The notes under the pieces are model-generated. The model searched no databases. It had not been told where the DNA came from and was given only the letters and a program-made list of their open reading frames with translations. Made by a program: the position numbers and the translations under genes. From Candidatus Helarchaeota ASGARD archaeon Hel_GB_B (GTDB lineage: Archaea; Asgardarchaeota; Lokiarchaeia; Helarchaeales; HEL-GB-B), in NCBI GenBank assembly GCA_005191425.1, contig SUPR01000013.1, positions 1 through 32,000 of the forward strand: a DNA stretch of 32,000 nucleotides. Direction: 5' to 3'. Shown piece after piece: positions 26,583 to 32,000 of this stretch. Position 1 is the first letter of the stretch, and each line of letters starts with the position of its first letter.

Positions 26583-27131
26583 TTAAGAATTCTTAAAGTT
26601 AATTAATTTTAATAATTTTTCAATCTCTTTTTCAAGATCTATTAGTGTCCCATTATTTGAAATTGTAAAATCTGCCAATTTAAGAAGCGATTCAATCTGT
26701 ATTTCTGTCTCCTTATTATCATATTCTTTAAATTCATTCCAACTTATTTTTTGTCCAAATCTTTTCCTTGTATTTATTCGTTGAAATCTTTTTTCGTCAT
26801 CAATTTCAATTCCAATTATTACTCCACCAAGATTTTTTATGGCATCAAATTCCAATTTATATCTAATTCCGTTTACAATTAAATTTCGATTAATTTTATT
26901 CTTGATTCTTCTAACAATCGTATCAATAATTATATATTCCCCAAATATCTTTCTCAAATAAAATCCAATTTTTTGATAATTTTCTCTATTTAAATCCAGA
27001 TTAATTGCTGTTAAAAATTCTGTGATTGGGTCGCTAAATCTGATTTGCTCATGAAAATTAAATTTTTTTATAAGGATTTCTGCAATACTATCTTTTCCGG
27101 ACCCAATTTTTCCAATTAATCCAATTATCAT
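26583..27131 (-). CDS. P-loop nucleotide kinase (dephospho-CoA kinase-like / NMP kinase family)
   Basis: MIIGLIGKIGSGKD Walker A, IVNGIRY, RFQRINTR lid, ADFTISNNGT. Confidence 0.85.
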   Translation of the reverse strand: MIIGLIGKIGSGKDSIAEILIKKFNFHEQIRFSDPITEFLTAINLDLNRENYQKIGFYLRKIFGEYIIIDTIVRRIKNKINRNLIVNGIRYKLEFDAIKNLGGVIIGIEIDDEKRFQRINTRKRFGQKISWNEFKEYDNKETEIQIESLLKLADFTISNNGTLIDLEKEIEKLLKLINFKNS

Positions 27132-27222
27132 TTTTAATTTCCTTAGGTTTATTTATTTGGAACTTATTTTATTTAATTAACGATTAAAATTATAAAAATA
27201 ATTTTATTGGTGGCATTTTAAA

Positions 27223-28581
27223 TTGACAAATGATTATAGAAGAGCGCCATGCGATTTAAATCTAATTAATTGTAAAATTGTTTTAAGAAATAGAATTTTT
27301 GAAGGTGGCTTGTCAATAAATAATAGCAAAATCATCAAAATAGGTAAAGTTTCTAATTTAATAAAATCAAATAAAATTATTGATATAAAAAACAAATTTA
27401 TAATACCTGGTCTGATTGATACTCATGTCCATTGCCGAGATATGGAACTCTCATATAAAGAAGATTATTATACTGCCACGGCTGCTGCTATACATGGAGG
27501 AATAACTACAATTCTTGATATGCCAAATACTAAACCTCCGACTATATCTGTCCAAACATTAAAAAATAAGGTTAAAGTTGCAGAAAAAAAAATTTTATGT
27601 AATGTTGGTTTTTATTCCGGAATTCCCAAAGATTTTTCTGAACTAGACGAAATGAAAAAAATCGGTATTTTTGGAATAAAATTATTATTAAACAACCCAA
27701 TTACTAATTATAATTATAATGACATTAATTCTTTTAAAAAATTGATAAATAAATGCTCAGAAAAAGGTATTACTATCTTAATTCATCCAGAATTTAAAAA
27801 ATATGTTGATGAAAAATCAAAAACGATTAAAAATAATAATGATATTTCATTTTTTTTAAAAATTCATGATAATACTAATGAATACCGCACTATTGATACA
27901 ATTATAAATAGCTGTAAAGAAATTAATGGTCATATCCATTTTTGCCATTTGAGTATTTCTGATGATATTGATTTATTAACTAAATATAAAAATTCTGGTA
28001 ATATAATGAAAATAAGTTCCGAAGTAACTCCACATCATTTATTTTTATCTGATAAAGACCTTTATGAAAAAGGTACTTACGCAAAAATGCTACCACCATT
28101 GCGGCCTTCTCCAAATCAAGAAAATCTTTTAAAGGCATTAAAATCAGGAATTATTGATGTTATTGGAACGGATCATGCGCCTCATTCTATTAAAGAGAAA
28201 AAATTAAATTTTTTAGATGCTCCATCTGGAATTCCGCAATTAGAAACGGTTTTACCCATATTTTTAACAAAAATTAACCAAAATGAATTTGATATTTTTA
28301 ATTTATGTAGATCCTTTGCCGAAAATCCAGCTAAATTATTTAACATAAAAAATAAAGGTGTAATTTCCGAAGGTTATGATGCAGATTTGGTAATCATTGA
28401 TTTAAAAAGCGAATATAAAATAAATTCCGATCGATTTTTCTCAAAAGCAAAATTCTCACCATTTGATGGAATGAAATGTATTGGTAAACCTATAATGTCG
28501 ATAAATAATGGTCAAATTGTCATGAAGGAAGATGAAATTTTAATAAAACCAGGAAATGGTAATGTATTATTAAATAAATAA
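27223..28581 (+). CDS. pyrC: Dihydroorotase (cyclic amidohydrolase family)
   Basis: PGLIDTHVHCRD, HGGITTILDMPNT, HPE, SEVTPHHL, GTDHAPH, NPAKLF, GYDAD. Confidence 0.85.
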   Translation: MTNDYRRAPCDLNLINCKIVLRNRIFEGGLSINNSKIIKIGKVSNLIKSNKIIDIKNKFIIPGLIDTHVHCRDMELSYKEDYYTATAAAIHGGITTILDMPNTKPPTISVQTLKNKVKVAEKKILCNVGFYSGIPKDFSELDEMKKIGIFGIKLLLNNPITNYNYNDINSFKKLINKCSEKGITILIHPEFKKYVDEKSKTIKNNNDISFFLKIHDNTNEYRTIDTIINSCKEINGHIHFCHLSISDDIDLLTKYKNSGNIMKISSEVTPHHLFLSDKDLYEKGTYAKMLPPLRPSPNQENLLKALKSGIIDVIGTDHAPHSIKEKKLNFLDAPSGIPQLETVLPIFLTKINQNEFDIFNLCRSFAENPAKLFNIKNKGVISEGYDADLVIIDLKSEYKINSDRFFSKAKFSPFDGMKCIGKPIMSINNGQIVMKEDEILIKPGNGNVLLNK

Positions 28582-28599
28582 ATAAATAATAACATTTAA

Positions 28600-29082
28600 T
28601 TGATACCAATGAAATTTCTTTCTGATGCAATGCACGGTCGAATTACAAGGTTTTTAAGAATTTTAGGGTATGATACATTTTACCCTTTCGATATGGACGA
28701 CTCAGAAATTTTAAAAATTGCAAAAAAAGAAAATAGAATAATTATTACTAGAGATATTCAGCTGTCCCAACGAGCAAAATCAAAAAATATACCTGTAATA
28801 TTATTAACTTCGGTTGATTTCATCAAAAATTTTAATAAAATTTACAAGACATTTTCAATTAACTTAGAACTTAATTCAAGCAAATCCAGATGTCCTATTT
28901 GCAATAGTGAATTAATTCCAATTAAAAAAGAAGCGGTATTTGGAAAAGTACCCCAAAAAACTTATCAAAGATTTAAAAAATTCTGGATATGTAAAAATAA
29001 AGAGTGCGGTAAAATATATTATGAAGGAATTCATTGGGAAAAAATGCGAAAACAATTAGAAAAGGTTAAGAATTTAAAATAA
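28600..29082 (+). CDS. Mut7-C RNase domain protein (PIN-like + Zn ribbon)
   Basis: KFLSDAMHGRITRFLRILGYDT, IITRD, RCPICN, C...CGKIYYEGIHW. Confidence 0.92.
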   Translation: MIPMKFLSDAMHGRITRFLRILGYDTFYPFDMDDSEILKIAKKENRIIITRDIQLSQRAKSKNIPVILLTSVDFIKNFNKIYKTFSINLELNSSKSRCPICNSELIPIKKEAVFGKVPQKTYQRFKKFWICKNKECGKIYYEGIHWEKMRKQLEKVKNLK

Positions 29083-29092
29083 TAAAATTTTC

Positions 29093-29962
29093 TTGTTGAT
29101 CAGAATGGAAATACCACCATATTTATTAAAGGAAAAATTACTTTATTTTTTAAAAGAAGACATACAATTTGGAGACCTTACATCAAATCTATTAATTTCC
29201 GACGATTTAAAAGCAAAAGCGGTAATAATAGCTGAACAAGATGGAATAATTGCTGGGATAAATGAGGCTGTCTCTATTTGCGAATTAGCTCAATTAAAAC
29301 CTATTCAAATTGTCAAAGATGGAGATAAAGTCTCAAAAGGTTCAAGAATATTAGAAATAGATGGAAAAGCCAAAACTATTTTGACCGTTGAACGAACGAT
29401 TTTAAATATCTTGATGAGAATGAGTGGAATTGCAACAGAAACAAATAAAATAATTGAAAAGGTTAGAAAAATAAATAAAAAGATACGAATTGCATGCACT
29501 CGTAAGACTACTCCCGGATTTCGGTATTTTGAAAAAAGAGCGGTAATGATCGGTGGAGGTGATACTCATAGAATAGCTTTAGATGATATGGTATTAATTA
29601 AGGAAAATCACCTTTTTTGTATAGAAAATCTTGAGAATTCTATTAAAAAATTAAAGGATCAGATTAGTTTTTCTAAAAAAATTGAATTGGAAGTTGAAAA
29701 TAAAAATGCAGCACTAAAAGGCGCCAAATTAGGGGTAGATATATTAATGCTAGACAATTTTTCTCCTGAATTAGCAAACGAAACAATAAATGAATTAAAA
29801 AAGCTCCGTAATAATATAAAAATAGAAATATCTGGAAATATTACACCTCAAAACATTGAGTCTTACGCAAAACTAGATATTGATATAATTTCAATGGGAT
29901 ACATAACTCATAGCATAAAATCCTTTAATATGAGCTTAGATTTTATTAAAAAATCAATATAA
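29093..29962 (+). CDS. nadC: Quinolinate phosphoribosyltransferase (nicotinate-nucleotide pyrophosphorylase)
   Basis: EDIQFGDLT, ERTILN, TRKTTPG, HR..LDDMVLIKENH, MLDNF, EISG. Confidence 0.95.
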   Translation: MLIRMEIPPYLLKEKLLYFLKEDIQFGDLTSNLLISDDLKAKAVIIAEQDGIIAGINEAVSICELAQLKPIQIVKDGDKVSKGSRILEIDGKAKTILTVERTILNILMRMSGIATETNKIIEKVRKINKKIRIACTRKTTPGFRYFEKRAVMIGGGDTHRIALDDMVLIKENHLFCIENLENSIKKLKDQISFSKKIELEVENKNAALKGAKLGVDILMLDNFSPELANETINELKKLRNNIKIEISGNITPQNIESYAKLDIDIISMGYITHSIKSFNMSLDFIKKSI

Positions 29963-29984
29963 ATATTTATTTTAAAAAATATTA

Positions 29985-30057
29985 AGCCAGGAATGGGACT
30001 TGAACCCATGTAAAACGGCTCTGCAGGCCGTCGCCTCGCCGACTAGACTATCCTGGC
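29985..30057 (-). tRNA. tRNA-Cys(GCA), intronless
   Basis: GCCAGGA/TCCTGGC acceptor, U73 discriminator, anticodon arm ACGGC-CT-GCA-GA-GCCGT, T arm ATGGG-TTCAAGT-CCCAT. Confidence 0.96.
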
Positions 30058-30208
30058 ATATTTTTTGTCTATAATTCATTTATTTTTGATGTTGAGTTCA
30101 ATAATTAAATATTGTATTAAAATTTTTCTTCCAATTTTACAAAATCTACATACATATTTATTTAAGAGAATTTTTCTTAATTTAAAAAATTATATATATT
30201 GGATTATT

Positions 30209-31372
30209 ATGATTTTAATTAGATATGGCGAAATAGCGCTTAAAAGCCCAAGAATTAGATTAGAATGGGAAAAACAATTAATTAGAAATATTAAGTCCAT
30301 ATTAGAGTTAAATAATATTAGTTATAAAAATATTAAATTCTTACCGACAAGAGGTAGAATTTTTTTAGATATAAAATTAACAAGCAATATCTGTTCATTA
30401 TTGAAAAAAGTCAGTGGAATTATTTCATTTAGTGAAGTTTTAGAAGCAAGTAACGAAATTAATTCCATTTCTAAAGTAACGCTTAAACTTGCCGATCAAA
30501 TTTTAGAAAATGGGGATACTTTTGCTTTAAAAGTTAGAAGGACTGGTACCCATAATTATTCCTCAATAGATATTGCTAGAATAGTTGGTAAAAATGTATT
30601 AACCACTTTTTCAGATAGAAATATTTCTGTAAATTTGTCTTCTCCAAAAAGGACGATTTATATTGAAATAAGAGATAAGAATTCCTATATTTTTCATAAT
30701 AAAATATCTGGGATGGGTGGATTACCAATTGGGACTCAAGGTAAAGTTATTGCATTGATTTCTGGAGGTATTGACAGCCCGGTCGCTGCTTGGATGATGA
30801 TGAAGCGAGGATGTTATATTAGACCAATATATTTTGATAATTATCCATATCTATCCAAAAAAAATATTGATAAAGTTATCAATTTAATAAAAAAATTAAG
30901 AACCTTTGATCCCAGGAAAAAATTTTATTTTTATATCATTCCTCATGGCCCAAATTTAGAATTATTTCTAAAAAATGCGCCAAAAAATTATACTTGTTTA
31001 TTGTGTAAAAGAATGCTTTATAGAATAGCAGAAGTCATCACAAAAAAGGAAAAAGCTAAAGCTATTGTTACAGGGGAAAATCTAGGACAAGTTGCAAGCC
31101 AAACGATTGACAATTTATATATTCTTAATGATTCAATAAAAATTCCAGTATTCAGACCATTAATTGGACTCGATAAGGAAGAAATTATTGATATTGCCAA
31201 GAAAATAGGTACATTCAAAATCTCAACCGAATTTATCGATTCTTGTACTGCAGTACCAAAATTTCCTATAACAAAAGGAGATATTAATAAAGTAATTAAA
31301 TTTGAATCGGATATTAATATTGATAATTTAGTGAAAAATGCTATAAATAATATGAAAAAGGTTTATATTTGA
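30209..31372 (+). CDS. thiI: tRNA 4-thiouridine synthase ThiI (THUMP + PP-loop, no rhodanese domain)
   Basis: IRYGEIALKS, THUMP domain, LISGGIDSPVA, CLLCKR, TGENLGQVASQT, RPLIGLDK. Start set to the ATG at 30209. Confidence 0.95.
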   Translation: MILIRYGEIALKSPRIRLEWEKQLIRNIKSILELNNISYKNIKFLPTRGRIFLDIKLTSNICSLLKKVSGIISFSEVLEASNEINSISKVTLKLADQILENGDTFALKVRRTGTHNYSSIDIARIVGKNVLTTFSDRNISVNLSSPKRTIYIEIRDKNSYIFHNKISGMGGLPIGTQGKVIALISGGIDSPVAAWMMMKRGCYIRPIYFDNYPYLSKKNIDKVINLIKKLRTFDPRKKFYFYIIPHGPNLELFLKNAPKNYTCLLCKRMLYRIAEVITKKEKAKAIVTGENLGQVASQTIDNLYILNDSIKIPVFRPLIGLDKEEIIDIAKKIGTFKISTEFIDSCTAVPKFPITKGDINKVIKFESDINIDNLVKNAINNMKKVYI

Positions 31373-31476
31373 ATTTTTTATTTATTTATTATGTTCAGGA
31401 TTAATGATTTTTTTTAATCTAATTAAAAATAAATAATGTTTAAAATTATTAAGAAAATCTAAAAAACGTGAATAAT

Positions 31477-32000
31477 ATGGAAAAAAAACCGATTTCAAAA
31501 AATGAATTAGAACGTTATGACCGTCAAATAATTATCTCTAATTGGGGTTTAGATGGCCAACTTAGATTAAAAAATAGTACTGTTATAGTTATTGGGGCTG
31601 GTGGTTTAGGATCTACTGTATTATTATATTTAGCTGCCGCAGGTATTGGTAATATACGAATTATTGATAATGATATTTTAGAACTAAGTAATTTAAATCG
31701 ACAAGTCCTCTATAATGAAGATGATATTAATAAACCTAAGGCTCTATTAGCACAAATGAAATTATCCAAATTAAATAAAGATATTAGAATTGTCGGTATT
31801 AATGAAACTCTTGATGAAAAAAGTGCTGATAAACTACTAAATGGGGCTGATTTAATAGTAGATTGTTTGGATAACTTTAAAACACGATTTTTAGTAAACC
31901 GCTATTGTATTAATAATAAAATTCCTTTCGTTCATGGCGCGATTTATGGATTAGAAGGAAGAGTTATGTTTATTGACCCAAAAAATGAAGAATCTCCGTG
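31477..32000 (+). CDS. MoeB/ThiF/UbaA-type E1-like adenylyltransferase (runs off the right edge)
   Basis: Hand translation: MEKKPISKNELERYDRQIIISNWGLDGQLRLKNSTVIVIGAGGLGS...DNDILELSNLNRQ...VDCLDNFKTRFLVN; not in the ORF track. Confidence 0.93.
   Translation, partial: MEKKPISKNELERYDRQIIISNWGLDGQLRLKNSTVIVIGAGGLGSTVLLYLAAAGIGNIRIIDNDILELSNLNRQVLYNEDDINKPKALLAQMKLSKLNKDIRIVGINETLDEKSADKLLNGADLIVDCLDNFKTRFLVNRYCINNKIPFVHGAIYGLEGRVMFIDPKNEESP

Noticed and set aside
30065-30208. 48-aa N-terminal extension of ThiI
   Set aside because: Low-complexity AT-rich sequence; ThiI homologues begin at the IRYGEI motif right after the ATG at 30209.
5620-31218. Short ORF-track calls antisense to real genes (5620-5817, 6491-6694, 8338-8601, 8916-9101, 9537-9749, 12212-12397, 12611-12922, 17413-17613, 19126-19410, 25522-25776, 29305-29499, 31018-31218)
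   Set aside because: Each lies wholly within a motif-supported gene on the other strand and has the Ile/Phe/Ser-rich composition typical of shadow frames.
1-32000. CRISPR array, rRNA, intact transposase or integrase
   Set aside because: No regularly spaced repeats, no long GC-rich structural RNA and no intact DDE or tyrosine recombinase ORF seen.

Overview
Very AT-rich archaeal DNA, probably an Asgard-type genome. That assignment is inferred from aRF1 with a Zn ribbon, Smc-ScpAB, a form III-type RuBisCO, BHB-intron tRNAs, E2 folds and a roadblock-like domain. Layout: (1) 1-3050, the truncated N-terminus of a secreted protein followed by about 2 kb of decayed coding DNA. (2) A cupin and an Fe-alcohol dehydrogenase. 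(3) 4772-8762, the stand-out locus: a compact ubiquitin-like conjugation cluster of two convergent units. The plus unit is E2-like, JAB/MPN protease carrying a ubiquitin-like domain, and ThiF-type E1. The minus unit is E2-like and a roadblock-like/E2 fusion. The three E2s are paralogues that keep the catalytic Cys, and no RING E3 or free ubiquitin gene is visible. (4) Divergent from it, an operon with a catalytically degenerate AAA+ protein overlapping smc, then scpA, scpB, an acidic protein and DUF167. (5) Housekeeping genes: aRF1, MoaE, DHH, a nrnA-like/ECF/R15P isomerase/RuBisCO/CYTH run, a nucleotide kinase, pyrC, Mut7-C, nadC, thiI and a truncated second E1 (MoeB/UbaA type). Features outside the ORF track: a tRNA-Leu(CAA) split by three introns with a 5-nt anticodon exon, a tRNA-Cys(GCA), a ~78-bp intergenic repeat present twice 23.5 kb apart, and two edge-truncated CDSs. 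All homology calls are by eye from motifs; no searches were run.
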